A stretch of 64,000 bases of DNA from the NCBI RefSeq assembly GCF_947568905.1, contig NC_079164.1:3596001-3660000 (forward strand). The letters are read 5' to 3'. The notes beneath the pieces were generated by a model that was given only the letters and a program-made list of their open reading frames with translations, was not told the origin of the DNA and searched no databases. The stretch's first letter is position 1. Each line of letters starts with the position of its first letter. This document shows positions 49,101 to 62,277 of this stretch, one piece after another. This DNA is from Ostrea edulis. Lineage: Eukaryota. The translations under genes and the position numbers were made by a program.

Positions 49101-52100
49101 GTGCTCCACCAGATCAAGCGTTTCCATGCTGATTAAAACACCGACAAATCGGCCCTAAAAACAAGATTTCAGGAAGGGAGGGAAAAAAACATTGATGTGT
49201 TTACTGCTTCCAAAATTACAAACGTACAACAGATCTGAAGTTATAGTAGAAATACTCTGAAGTATTCCAGTATATTAATTTGTATTTGAAGAAAATCTAA
49301 GTTGGCGTTTAAGTAGAGATTTGATGGAGTCTGTGATTAGCATCAGAAGCACTGAGATTGTGTATCAGATGTTAAAACATATGGCTGTTACTGATAAACA
49401 CAATACACTCAGAGTTAGGTCATCAATGTGTGATCAATATTCACCGTGTACAGAAAATGAAATCAGGTTACTACTAACTAATGAGTCGTGAGTGCAGTAG
49501 CTCTATAGCCTCATTATTTAGTCTATAGCCTCATTATTTAGTCTACCGCAGAAAGTGTATTAACTTACTACCTTGTACAAAATACATAGTGTACCGTGAA
49601 TGACCTTTATTGTTTATTTTGTTCATAATTTGGGGGTGTTCCCTATATATCCGCATATTTTATATCCAGTGCAATAAAATATTTTTCATTCAATATTTGA
49701 ATGCATGCATTTACGGAAAACAAGATTGTTAGAAGTTGATGATTACATTTGAGATTAATGTAGGCTGAAGACTGATATGTTTTTTCAGGATTTTAATGCA
49801 GTTTTCTATGTTGATATTTTGTATGACGTGGTGCTTTTAGAAAGACATATTAATAAGCCTGTTTTTTTGACAGAACATATTAACGTAATGCATTGTCTGT
49901 TTGGCCGTCTGTCAGTCCATAATACTTGTTTTTATTTATCCAAAGTCATACCTTCAAGGTCAAGGTCACTGTTAACTTTGATGAAATTTGTTTCACAGTC
50001 TGGGTCACCATTATTTCATTTTTTGTTCCAATATGTTTATACTTGATTCAAATGTTCCTTATAAGAAGGTGGGGATGATGCATCAGATTCCCCTCCAAGA
50101 GCCCCCGGGGACTGTCCAATATTCCCCCCTCCAAGAGCCTCCGGGGACTTCCATTATTTCTCCTCCAAGAGCCCCTGGGGACTTCCATTATTTCTCGTCC
50201 AAGAGCCCCCGAGGACTGTCCATTATTTTTCCTTCAAGAGCCCCCGGGGACTGTCCAATATTCCCCCCTCCAAGAGATTCCGGGGGCTGTCCATTATTTC
50301 TCCCTCCAAGAACCCCCGGGTACTGTCCAATATTCCCCCCTCCAAGAGCCCCCAGGGACTGTCCATTCTCCCTCCAAGAGACGTGGGAACTGTCCATTAT
50401 CAAGATCACAACTGCCACTGCAACAAAGTCTTTAAACAGTAAATATGTATAATTATATGTGCTTGTTTTTTTTATATTTTAAAGATCCCACCTGGGCGTC
50501 CATTAACCGTGGTGTTCTGATCTGTGATGAGTGCTGCAGTGTTCACAGGAGCTTAGGTCGTCACATCTCACAAGTCAAGTCACTCACAAAGGGGCAGTGG
50601 AGTCCCACACAGTTACTGGTAAGTCACGAACAAACAAACAAACAGTGGAGTCCCACCCAGTTACTGGTAAGTCACTCACAAACAAACAAACAGTGGAGTC
50701 CCACCCAGTTACTGGTAAGTCACGAACAAACAAACAAACAGTGGAGTCCCACCTAGTTACTGGTAAGTCACTCACAAACAAACAAACAGTGGAGTCCCAC
50801 CCAGTTACTGGTAAGTCACTCACAAACAAACAAACAGTGGAGTCCCACCCAGTTACTGGTAAGTCACGAACAAACAAACAAACAGTGGAGTCCCACCCAG
50901 TTACTGGTAAGTCACTCACAAACAAACAAACAGTGGAGTCCCACCCAGTTACTGGTAAGTCACTCACAAACAAACAAACAGTGGAGTCCCACCCAGTTAC
51001 TGGTAAGTCACGGACAAACAAACGGTGGAGTCCCACCCAGTTACTGGTAAGTCACGAACAAACAAACAAACAGTGGAGTCCCACCCAGTTACTGGTAAGT
51101 CACGAACAAACAAACAAACAGTGGAGTCCCACCCAGTTACTGGTAAGTCACAAACAAACAAACAAACAGTGGAGTCCCACCCAGTTACTGGTAAGTCACG
51201 AACAAACAAACAACAGTGGAGTCCCACCCAATTACTGGTAAGTCACAAACAAACAGTGGAGTCCCACCCAGTTACTGGTAAGTCACGAACAAACAAACAA
51301 ACAGTGGAGTCCCACCCAGTTACTGGTAAGTCACGAACAAACAAACAAACAGTGGAGTCCCACACAGTTACTAGTAAGTCAGAGGACAGACTTATTGATA
51401 AGCCACAAACAAATGAAGTTCATGGTAATGTCAAACACTAGCTGAACATTGCATTACCTTCAAAATGCGGAATAAAATAGAAAGTAGCACTGGGTAGGAA
51501 TAAAATAGGAAGTAGCACTGAGTAGGATTTGATAATGTATAGGAATGAAATAGTTCTTTTCATTTATCTAATACTAAAAAAAACATAGTTGAAAATTAAT
51601 AAGAATATATAAAATTTGATAAGTGATTGTGACATCATACAATCAGTACTGTGTAGTGTGTATTAACGAGACTGATGAAAGACGTTAGCAGCTGCTGCGT
51701 GTAGTTGTCGTTAAGACCAATTTCTGTAACGGCACAGTTACCTAAGTAGTACAATTTCTGTAACGGCACAGTTACCTAAGTAGTACAATTTCTGTAACAG
51801 GACTGTTACCTAAGTAGTACAATTTCTGTAATGGCACAGTTACCTAAGTGGTACAATTTCTGTAACAATACAATTACCTAAGTAGTACAATTTCTGTAAC
51901 AGGACAGTTACCTAAGTAATACAATTTCTGTAACAGGACAGTTACCTAAGTAATACAATTTCTGTAACAATACAATTACCTAAGTAGTACAATTTCTGTA
52001 ACGGTACAGTGATCTAAGTAGTACAATTTCTGTAACAATACAATTACCTAAGTAGTACAATTTCTGTAACGGTACAGTGACCTAAGTAGTACAATTTCTG

Positions 52101-55100
52101 TAATGGTACAGTTACCTAAGTAGTACAATTTCTGTAGCGGCACAGTGACCTAAGTAGTACAATTTCTATAATGGTACAGTGACCTAAGTAGTACAATTTA
52201 TATAATGGTACAGTGACCTAAGTAGTACAATTTATATAATGGTACAGTGACCTAAGTAGTACAATTTCTGTAAAAGGACAGTTACCTAAGTAGTACAATT
52301 TCTGTAATGGCACAGTTACCTAAGTGGTACAATTTCTGTAACAATACAATTACCTAAGTAGTACAATTTCTGTAACGGTACAGTGACCTAAGTAGTACAA
52401 TTTCTGTAACAGGACTGTTACCTAAGTGGTACAATTTCTGTAATGGCACAGTTACCTAAGTAGTACAATTTCTACAATGGCACAGTTACCTAAGTAGTAC
52501 AATTTCTGTGATGACAGTTACCTAAGTAGTACAATTTCAGTCTGTAATGGCACAGTTACCTAAGAAGTACAATTTCTGCAATGGTACAGTTACCTAAGTA
52601 GTACAATTTCTGTAACAATACAATTACTTAAGTAGTACAATTTCTGTAACAATACAATTTCTGTAATGGTACAGTTACCTAAGTAGTACAATTTCTGTAA
52701 CAATACAATTACTTAAGTAGTACAATATCTGTAACAATACAATTTCTGTAACGGCACAGTTACCTAAGTAGTACAATTTTTGTGATGACAGTTACCTAAG
52801 TAGTACAATTTCAGTCTGTAATGGCACAGTTACCTAAGAAGTACAATTTCTGCAAAGGTACAGTTACCTAAGTAGTATAATTTCTGTAACAATACAATTT
52901 CTGTAACAATACAATTACTTAAGTAGTACAATTTCTGTAACAATACAATTTCTGTAATGGTACAGTTACCTAAGTAGTACAATTTCTGTAACAATACAAT
53001 TTCTGTAATGGTACAGTTACCTAAGTAGTACAATTTCTGTAACAATACAATTTCTGTAATGGTACAGTTACCTAAGTAGTACAATTTCTGTAACAATACA
53101 ATTTCTGTAATGGTACAGTTACCTAAGTAGTACAATTTCTGTAACAATACAATTACTTAAGTAGTACAATTTCTGTAACAATACAATTTCTGTAACGGCA
53201 CAGTTACCTAAGTAGTACAATTTCTGTAACAATACAATTACTTAAGTAGTACAATTTCTGTAACAATACAATTTCTGAAATGGTAGAGTTACCTAAGTAG
53301 TACAATTTCTGTAAAGGTACAGTTATGAATTGTTATGCTACAACATATATACAATGTATATCATGGTGTTCATGTTCTAAATCATGTGTTCATTGACTTC
53401 ATAGATGGTTATTTTGCTTTATTGACAGGCAACATGTGATTGATATCAAAACAGGCAGATTTTGTAACCATTTGTTAAAAATTGAGTCTTTAACGCTTCC
53501 TGCAAATATATGAAATTTTGACAAAAAATTTAATTGATAGACACTTAAAAGTTTATCTATCTTAATTAAGCCAATAGGTTTTATTGATTTCTTACATTTG
53601 GAATTCTGGTGATCTTCAACTGGAAAATTTCTCAACTAATCCGCACTATACCCCAGGGTATGCAAGAATTGATTCATAGTGCTTATAAATGACGTAACAA
53701 AGGTAGTATTGCTTCTCTACACAAGTTTAATTATGTTGTGAATGAAGTAATCAGCCCTGTGCTGGAGTCCTCTTTTAATCAGGATCCTTCTGATACATAT
53801 GCCTAGTAGCCACTTGACTGTTTTGTGCTGTTATGCAATTTTAAATCTCTCTCTCAAAAAAATTTCATTAAGCTAAATAAATATAATCTTTACACATCTG
53901 ATGATGAAAGTGGTATTGTAATTCTGTAACTTTTATTAACAGGGAAGCACATGGTTTATTGACCCCCTGTGTTTAGTAGAGTTAAGCAGGGGGAATAATC
54001 CCTCTACAGTTATCTGTGTTTAGTATAGTTAAGCAGGGGGAATAATCCCTCTACAGTTGTCTGTGTTTAGTAGAGTTAAGCAGGGGGAATAATCCCTCTA
54101 CAGTTGTCTGTGTTTTAAGTTTACGTGTTTCTGTTTTACAGATGGTTCAGCATTTAGCTAACCATGGAGCAAACAGCATTTGGGAACATTCTCTCTTAGA
54201 TCCCTCCCAGAGTAAACATGGGAAGAAGAAACCCGGCCCCCGGGACCAAGTCCAGTAAGTGCTCGAGATAGAACAATGTCATCATTAAGAATGTCGAAAC
54301 ATTCAGTCACACTCTTAATTACGAATTCCTGAAATTAGTAACTAAATGCTTACAAGCTTACATGTGAGTAAGAATAGTAAAAACACTTAATTGATTTTGA
54401 CTTTAAAGGATAATTCATGGAAATGATTTACAGTCAAATCTCATTATCTCGAACTCATTGGGGCGGAGAAAAGTTTTGAGATATCCGAGGCTTCGAGATA
54501 TTGAGATTAAAAATACATAAAGAAAATGTAATTTGAGCTTCCAACTCGCTTTGACATATCCATGGTATTTGAGATACTGATGTTTGAGATCCTGAAGTTC
54601 AACTGTACATGATTTAGTACAAAATGTCAGAACCAAGAACATTTCTATTAATAGCCTTTTGCTGAGTATTCATAATGTTAAAAAGTGTTCTATGTAAGAT
54701 GTATGTGTCTTATATAAGCTGTGTATATAATACATATGGGTTTTTTTGTGATTTCAGTCCAGTAAAAACCGAGTTTATCAGGTCCAAATACCAGTTCTTA
54801 CAGTTTGTAAACAAACAGAGGGATGGGGAGCTCAGCTCTATAGACGACCTGAGCAAGGTAAAGAACAAGAGTGGTCTCCCCTGAGAAAGGTCCAATGCCC
54901 GCTTTATAGAATCTGGAGAGTGGTCTCCCCTGAGAAAGGGCTAATGTCTGCTTTATAGAATCTCAAGAGTGGTCTCCCCTGAGAAAGGTCCAATGCCCAC
55001 TTTATAGAATCTGGAGAGTGGTCTCCCCTTAGAAAGGTCCAATGCCCGATTTATAGAATCTCGAGAGTGGTCTCCCCTGAGAAAGGGCTAATGTCTGCTT

Positions 55101-58100
55101 TATAGAATCTGGAGAGTGGCTTCCCCTGAGAAAGGGCTAACACCCGCTATATAGAATCTTGAGAGTGGTCTCTCCTGAGAAAGGGTCAATGCCCTCTTTA
55201 TAGAATCTCAAGAGTGGTCTCCTTTGAGAAAGGGCTAACACCCGCTCTATAGAATCTTGAGAGTGGTCTCCCCTGAGAGAGATCCAATGCCCGCTTTATA
55301 GAATCTTGAGAGTGGTCTCCCCTGAAAAAGGTGTAAGGCCCGCTTTATAGAATCTCTTTTGGTTGAGCTGTTCAAACTGAAATATTCACAAAGAAAATGT
55401 TTGAAAATGCATGTTGTTAAATGGGAAACAATGTTTACTTATCACATGTAAAGCAGATTCTGAAATATAGGCAAGGAATTTTTTATTGCTTTATCTACCA
55501 AGAAGCACCACCTGTGAAATAGAATTACTCGCATTTATTTTTATATTGCTGAAAATATGTAAAAACTCTTGATCCGACAGCAGTTCGCTTTCAGAGTTAT
55601 GTTCTCACGTATTGATGTCTGTGAATCACGATGTTAAGTGTTGGTATGAAATATGAATCAGGAATACTAGTCTTGCAAATTGATTTTACATTTAAAACTT
55701 ATCTATTGCGTTACAAGTAAATTAAAAAGTGCAGGTAGTATCAGATGTACATTATGTTTTGAACTATAAAACTGGTCAGCACATTTGATATGGATACAGT
55801 GTTTTCATTTACAGTGTATGTGTAATAGATTTGAAGCTTGTTTCCAAACCCCACTGTCCTGCAATTTATTTCTGAATGTTATCACAACAAAATTCTGCTT
55901 CTTTAGTGTTATTGATTTGGATTCTTTTGTTATAGTATTATTGATTTTAAGTAGTATTCTTGTGCTGAATTTTAATGCTTTGTACAAGTACTTTTTTTTT
56001 TTTACAGCAATTACACTCGAGCGTGAGAACAAATAACTTAGAGACGTGTCTACGTCTTCTCTCCAAAGGAGCAGATCCAAATTATTTTCACCCGGTAAGT
56101 CTGATTCAGTGCTTTTGTTGTGTTGATTCAAGAGCTTTTAGTGTTTTCAAGTGACTGGTTAAGTTGCTACTATAGCCAACTGTACTTGAAATATGTTTTT
56201 TCTTGTATTAGGAGAAAGGGAATTGTCCACTACATGTAGCTGGCCAGAGTGGTCAACCGCTACAGGTAGAACTGTTAGTTGTTTATGGAGCTGATCCAGG
56301 GGCATACGACTCTAACGGAAAAACTCCTATTGACCATGCTAAGTAAGAGTTATCTTTCTTGTAGGCACTTAGATATGTGTGCTAATCCATACAATGGAGT
56401 ATGTTTAATGTGTAGACATTTTTTATATTTTTCTGGGTCTTGAACTCTTAATCAAAGTTTTAAGTTGACATCTCACATGCATGCGCATGAATAGAAACAC
56501 TCGGAAAACAATTTTAAACTTTCTTATGCTTACCGTAGTAAGTCTTTAATTTCAATAACAAGTATGATTTTAAAATTGTACATATGAATAGATGTTGAAT
56601 CCTAGAGACTGGAATACATGCTGCTGATATTTATTTTTTGCAGGACTGAGGGTCAGATGGATTTGGCCGACAGACTGGTAGAATGTCAGTATGAACTGAC
56701 CGACAGACTGGCCTATTATCTTTGTCAACGGAAACCTGGTAAAGTGACATTATACATGTTTATAAGTAACATTATACATGTTTATAAGTGACATACATGT
56801 TTATAAGTGATATTATACATGTTTATAAGTAACATTATACATGTTTATAAGTGACATTATACATGTTTATAAGTGACATTATACATGTTTATAAGTAACA
56901 TTATACATATTGATAAGTGACATTATACATGTTTATAAGTGACATTATATATGTTTATAAGTAACATTATACATGTTTATAAGTGACATTATACATGTTT
57001 ATAAGTGATATTATACATGTTTATAAGTAATATTATACATGTTTATAAGTGATATTATAATGTTTATAAGTAACATTATACATGTTTATAAGTAATATTA
57101 TACACGTTTATAAGTAACATTATACATGTTTATAAGTAATATTATACATGTTTATAAGTGATATTATACACGTTTATAAGTAACATTATACATGTTTATA
57201 AGTAATATTATACATGTTTATAAGTGATATTATACATGTTTATAAGTAACATTATACATGTTTATAAGTGACAGTATATATGTTTATAAGTAACATTATA
57301 CATGTTTATAAGTAATATTATACAGGTTTATAAGTGACATTATACATGTTTATAAGTGACAGTATACATGTTTATAAGTAATATTATACATGTTTATAAG
57401 TAATATTATACACGTTTATAAATAACATTATACACGTTTATAAGTAATATTATACATGTTTATAAGTGATATTATAATGTTTATAAGTAGCATTATACAT
57501 GTTTATAAGTAATATTATACACGTTTATAAATAACATTATACATGTTTATAAGTAATATTATACATGTTTATAAGTGATATTATAATGTTTATAAGTAAC
57601 ATTATACATGTTTATAAGTAATATTATACACGTTTATAAATAACATTATACATGTTTATAAGTAATATTATACACGTTTATAAATAACATTATACATGTT
57701 TATAAGTAATATTATAATGTTTATAAGTAACATTATACATGTTTATAAGTAACATTATACATGTTTATAAGTAATATTATACACGTTTATAAATAACATT
57801 ATACATGTTTATAAGTAATATTACACATGTTTATAAGTGATATTATACATGTTTATAAGTAATATTATACATGTTTATAAGTGATATTATAATGTTTATA
57901 AGTAACATTATACATGTTTATAAGTAACATTATACATGTTTATAAGTAACATTATACATGTTTATAAGTGACAGTATACATGTTTATAAGTAACATTATA
58001 CATGTTTATAAGTAACATTATACATGTTTATAAGTAACAGTATACATGTTTATAAGTAACATTATACATGTTTATAAGTAACATTATTCATGTTTATAAG

Positions 58101-61100
58101 TGACAGTATACATGTTTATAAGTGACATTATACATGTTTATAAGTGACATTATACATGTTTATAAGTAATATTATACATGTTTATAAGTAACATTATACA
58201 TGTTTATAAGTGACAGTATACATGTTTATAAGTAACATTATACACGTTTATAAATAACATTATACATGTTTATAAGTGACAGTATATATGTTTATAAGTA
58301 ACATTATACATGTTTATAAGTAATATTATACAGGTTTATAAGTGACATTATACATGTTTATAAGTGACAGTATACATGTTTATAAGTAACATTATACATG
58401 TTTATAAGTAATATTATACACGTTTATAAATAACATTATACATGTTTATAAGTAATATTATACATGTTTATAAGTGATATTATACATGTTTATAAATAAC
58501 ATTATACATGTTTATAAGTAATATTATACATGTTTATAAATAACATTATACATGTTTATAAGTAACATTATACATGTTTATAAGTAACATTATACACATT
58601 TATAAGTGACATTTTACGTGTTTATAAGTGACATTATACATGTTTATAAGTAACATTATTCATGTTTATAAGGGACATTATACATGTTTATAAGGGACAT
58701 TATTCATGTTTATAAGTGATATTATACATGTTTATAAGTGACATTATACATGTTTATAAGTAACATTATACATGTTTATAAGTAACATTATACATGTTTA
58801 TAAGTAATATTATACAGGTTTATAAGTAATATTATACATGTTTATAAGTGACATTATACATGTTTATAAGTGACATTATACATATTTATAAGTGACATTA
58901 TTCATGTTTATAGGTGATATTATACATGTTTATAGGTGACATTATACATGTTTATAAGTGACATTATACATGTTTATAAGTAATATTATACAGGTTTATA
59001 AATAACATTATACATGTTTATAAGTAATATTATACAGGTTTATAAGTAACATTATACATGTTTATAAGTGACATTATACATGTTTATAAGTGACATTATA
59101 CATATTTATAAGTGACATTATTCATGTTTATAGGTGATATTATACATGTTTATAAGTGATATTATACATGTTTATAAGTAATATTATACACGTTTATAAG
59201 TAACATTATACATGTTTATAAGTAATATTATACAGGTTTATAAGTAACATTATACATGTTTATAAGTAATATTATACAGGTTTATAAGTAACATTATACA
59301 TGTTTATAAGTAATATTATACAGGTTTATAAATAACATTATACATGTTTATAAGTAATATTATACACGTTTATAAGTAACATTATACATGTTTATAAGTA
59401 ATATTATACAGGTTTATAAGTAACATTATACATGTTTATAAGTAATATTATACAGGTTTATAAGTAACATTATACATGTTTATAAGTAATATTATACAGG
59501 TTTATAAATAACATTATACAGGTTTATAAGTAATATTATACAGGTTTATAAGTGACATTATACATGTTTATAAGTGACATTATACATGTTTATAAGTGAC
59601 ATTATACATATTTATAAGTGACATTATTCATGTTTATAGGTGATATTATACATGTTTATAAGTGATATTATACATGTTTATAAATAACATTATACATGTT
59701 TATAAGTAATATTATACATGTTTATAAGTGACATTTTCTTTGTGAGAGCATGTAACAACATTGTACAAGAAATAAGCACTTGTGTTTCGATGGCATGTCA
59801 GAGATATTTTCCATTATTTCAGATCACAGGACGGGCATTCATTTTAAAATACCAGAAATGGCTGACAGGTATTCTCATTATTCATTAAAACAATTTTCAG
59901 AACACTATTAAATTACAGACATGCTAGATATATACTTAATAAAGATGTTATAGAATGAAGTCATTGAGATTTCCCAATGGCATGTTTTTAATAAGTCAGA
60001 TCAAACTAAGAGATTAGCTGTAAATGGCTGGACAATATAGTATACATTTACGAACTGACCGTGAATGGGATAGCTCTTTTAGCTAACCCGAGACAAGGAC
60101 TATTTCCCGCTGGATTACCTGAGGGAGACAGATTCTGCTGAAGTTTTGATAAAAGAATGATCTCTCCCACAGTCAGTAAACTAGTGTTATATCGAGGGAG
60201 CACTGTAAATACTTTATCTTAATCTTTGGTATCTGACATGTACATCTTTGACAATGTTGGTTATCTGCCTTCTTCCTTCTTCCGTTTGTTCCATTTAACA
60301 TTTACCTCATTTGTGAATGAACACAAAACAGATATCTTGATTAAACCCACATTTTGATTTACCTTGACCTTTATGACCTTGACCTTGTATTTCCAGTTAG
60401 CATAATTTGTAAATGACTTCTTCTATTTTGCCTCCACCTGACACCAACCTCCATTTCCTGAAACTTTAGATGCTGTTATTTTTTACTTTGAAAACATTTG
60501 TGGGTTATGTCTTTTTAACTCATTTTTTATTAACCTGAAGAAGGTGCTCTCATGAGACTGAATTCACAGATGCACCTCGGTGAGAGCATGATTGTCATGC
60601 TGAGATGTTTACTTTAACCTTGTGCATAATCTTGACCCCACATTTCAGAATTTTGTGTTACAGGGTAAGCTCATTTATAAATAAAGTGAGGTTACATTTA
60701 TAAAATATCATACACAGGCCTTTTTGCAAAAAAACCCAACAATTTTACACCCAATTATTTTTAACCTTGACCTTTTGTGTGACCTGTACTTCACATTTAT
60801 GGATTTTGTGCTTAGTCCATTTCTGAACATCTATGGCGCGTTACTCTGTTCTACGGACATATTATATTCTAGTCGGTACAGAAGTGCGATGTTTACATGA
60901 TGGTGTTTTGTTTTTATTCTACAGTAGTCTAGATATGTCAGAGTTAGCAAAACAAGCCAAGAAAAAGTTACAGGCAGTAAGTTCATTTTTATTCTTACTA
61001 ACTTTGATCTGAATTTATAATCAGAATTGAATTCAATAAATATTAAATTTAAAAATTATTGTTTTCTTTTTTCAAGCTCCCAAATCATTTAAATGATTGT

Positions 61101-62086
61101 TTTCTTTTTCCAAGCTCACGAATCATTTAAATATTTGTTTTCTTTTTTCAGCTACCGAATCATTTATTTGAAGAGTTGGCAATGGATGTTTATGATGAAG
61201 TCGACAGAAGAGAAAACGATGAACGTAAGGATTTCTGTTTCAGACTGAAAACAATATATATCCGTAAATGTCTCCGAGGATCGTATTATATTTATGTATA
61301 AAATAATTGTCTAATTTTAGGGAGCTTTCACTACTGTATATGTTTTAATATTATGTTGTAATTAGTTTTCAGTTAAGCTAAGTTGACTATTTTATAATTT
61401 TCTATTTACAGATTGGCTACAGACACATGACAACAAAGCTTTAGTGAGTGACCGACAAGGGGTCCCTTTTCTTCCTCTCAACCCGGACTTCTCGGCCACA
61501 CGCAATCAGGTATTGCAACTTCACCATTCATATCAGCTTGTTTGACAGAAAGTCATGTTACTGTAAAAATGGCTATTTTAAATAACATAGAAATATTAAA
61601 AAAATATGAAAATGTATTTCATAGCAAATCCAAATGCTTTGCAAAAAAAATATGAAAATGTATTTCACAGCAAATTCAAATGCTTTGCAAATGGGAGTTG
61701 TATGATATTATAATTGACAAGTACAGTAGTTTGTTGAAAAACCTAATACATGCATGTTTGTTTTAAAAAGAGGTTATTTAAAAGTGACCTTTACTTTTAT
61801 CCTTGATTATATAGAAGTCATTGTGGATGTAGAAGGTGCACGGAGTAATTGTCTACAAAACATTTGTAACATACCAAATGTTGATTGATTCTTATGTCAA
61901 TGATTGATTTATGCATTATTTTTAAGATGTCTACGATTTCTTACAATATTTCTCTTCTACAGGGACGTCAAAAACTTGCCAGATTCAATGCAAGAGAATT
62001 TGCCACATTGATAATAGACATTTTAAATGATGCTAAAAGACGACAAACGGGAGTGATGTCCCCTGTTCAAATTCCAAAGGAGCCAG
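43132..62086 (+). CDS. GIT: ARF GTPase-activating protein GIT (GIT1/2 pro-orthologue), first 12 coding exons; the gene continues beyond the window
   Basis: Exons 43132-43189, 50485-50618, 54142-54254, 54758-54857, 56008-56094, 56212-56342, 56644-56738, 59823-59868, 60925-60976, 61152-61224, 61412-61509 and 61963-62086; phases join. Contains the ArfGAP zinc finger CADC..DPTWASINRGVLICDECCSVHRSLGRHIS, ankyrin repeats, and Spa2-homology repeats FEELAMDVYDEVDRRE and GRQKLARFNAREFATLIIDILNDAKRRQ. Confidence 0.96.
44277..44480. mobile_element. MITE-like inverted repeat with internal duplication
   Basis: ~49-bp arms TTTTGAGCTGTTCATGGTCA..ATTTGAGGCAAAT (44277-44325) and ATTTACCTCAAAT..TGACCATGAACAGCTCAAAA (44432-44480); a ~90-bp direct repeat at about 44342 and 44460. 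Confidence 0.65.
45940..46235 (+). repeat. G-rich 32-bp minisatellite in GIT intron 1
   Basis: GATGGTGGGGTCAGGGGTGGACACACTTTGGT units. Confidence 0.93.
46372..46685. repeat. Degenerate ~40-bp tandem repeat
   Basis: AGGCTGCAATCAATGGG...GATATTATTGAGT units. Confidence 0.88.
47575..47822. repeat. 44-bp tandem repeat
   Basis: GAGTATGTGTGAAATGAACTCACTCAGAATGACCTTGAATCATT units. Confidence 0.92.
50085..50400. repeat. ~39-bp C-rich tandem repeat upstream of GIT exon 2
   Basis: CTCCAAGAGCCCCCGGGGACTGTCCAATATT units. Confidence 0.9.
50595..51380 (+). repeat. ~17 x 48-bp array copying the GIT exon-2 end and donor
   Basis: CAGTGGAGTCCCACCCAGTTACTG|GTAAGTCAC..ACAAACAAACAAA units. Confidence 0.97.
51716..53325. 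repeat. 1.6-kb 34-bp minisatellite in GIT intron 2
   Basis: CAATTTCTGTAACGGCACAGTTACCTAAGTAGTA units. Confidence 0.97.
53968..54115. repeat. 3 x ~47-bp repeat just upstream of the GIT exon-3 acceptor
   Basis: GTGTTTAGTAGAGTTAAGCAGGGGGAATAATCCCTCTACAGTT units. Confidence 0.9.
54431..54605. mobile_element. TA-flanked Tc1/pogo-like MITE
   Basis: TA-CAGTCAAATCTCATTATCTCGAAC ... GTTTGAGATCCTGAAGTTCAACTG-TA with internal GAGATA subterminal repeats. Confidence 0.75.
54868..55347. repeat. 49-bp tandem repeat starting ~10 nt after the GIT exon-4 donor
   Basis: GAGTGGTCTCCCCTGAGAAAGG..AATGCCCGCTTTATAGAATCT, about 10 copies. Confidence 0.94.
56743..59735. repeat. 3-kb 22-bp AT-rich satellite filling GIT intron 7
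   Basis: AGTAACATTATACATGTTTATA units start 4-5 nt after the donor at 56739. Confidence 0.98.
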
Positions 62087-62277
62087 GTAGGCAATTCAGA
62101 TATAGAAACATTGTCGTATACATGTGTACTCTGATTGTTTAACTCTTTTGATCTTTTTATCAGGTGTTATTATTATTCATTGTTTTGAGATTTAAGGTGT
62201 GGTGCATGATTTGGGCTTCATCTTATTATTGTATTTGAGAATTGGGGTGGGTTGCATGACTTGGGCTTCATCTTGAA

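Noticed and set aside
50531-51441. 236-aa and 138-aa TVESHPVTGKS repeat ORFs
   Set aside because: They are alternative frames of the donor-repeat array; only the QWSPTQLL frame connects to GIT.
52830-53147. LRR-like ORF (LQKLYYLGNCTITEIV repeats)
   Set aside because: It looks like a leucine-rich repeat but is the antisense reading of a 34-bp plus 17-bp minisatellite, with no flanking coding context.
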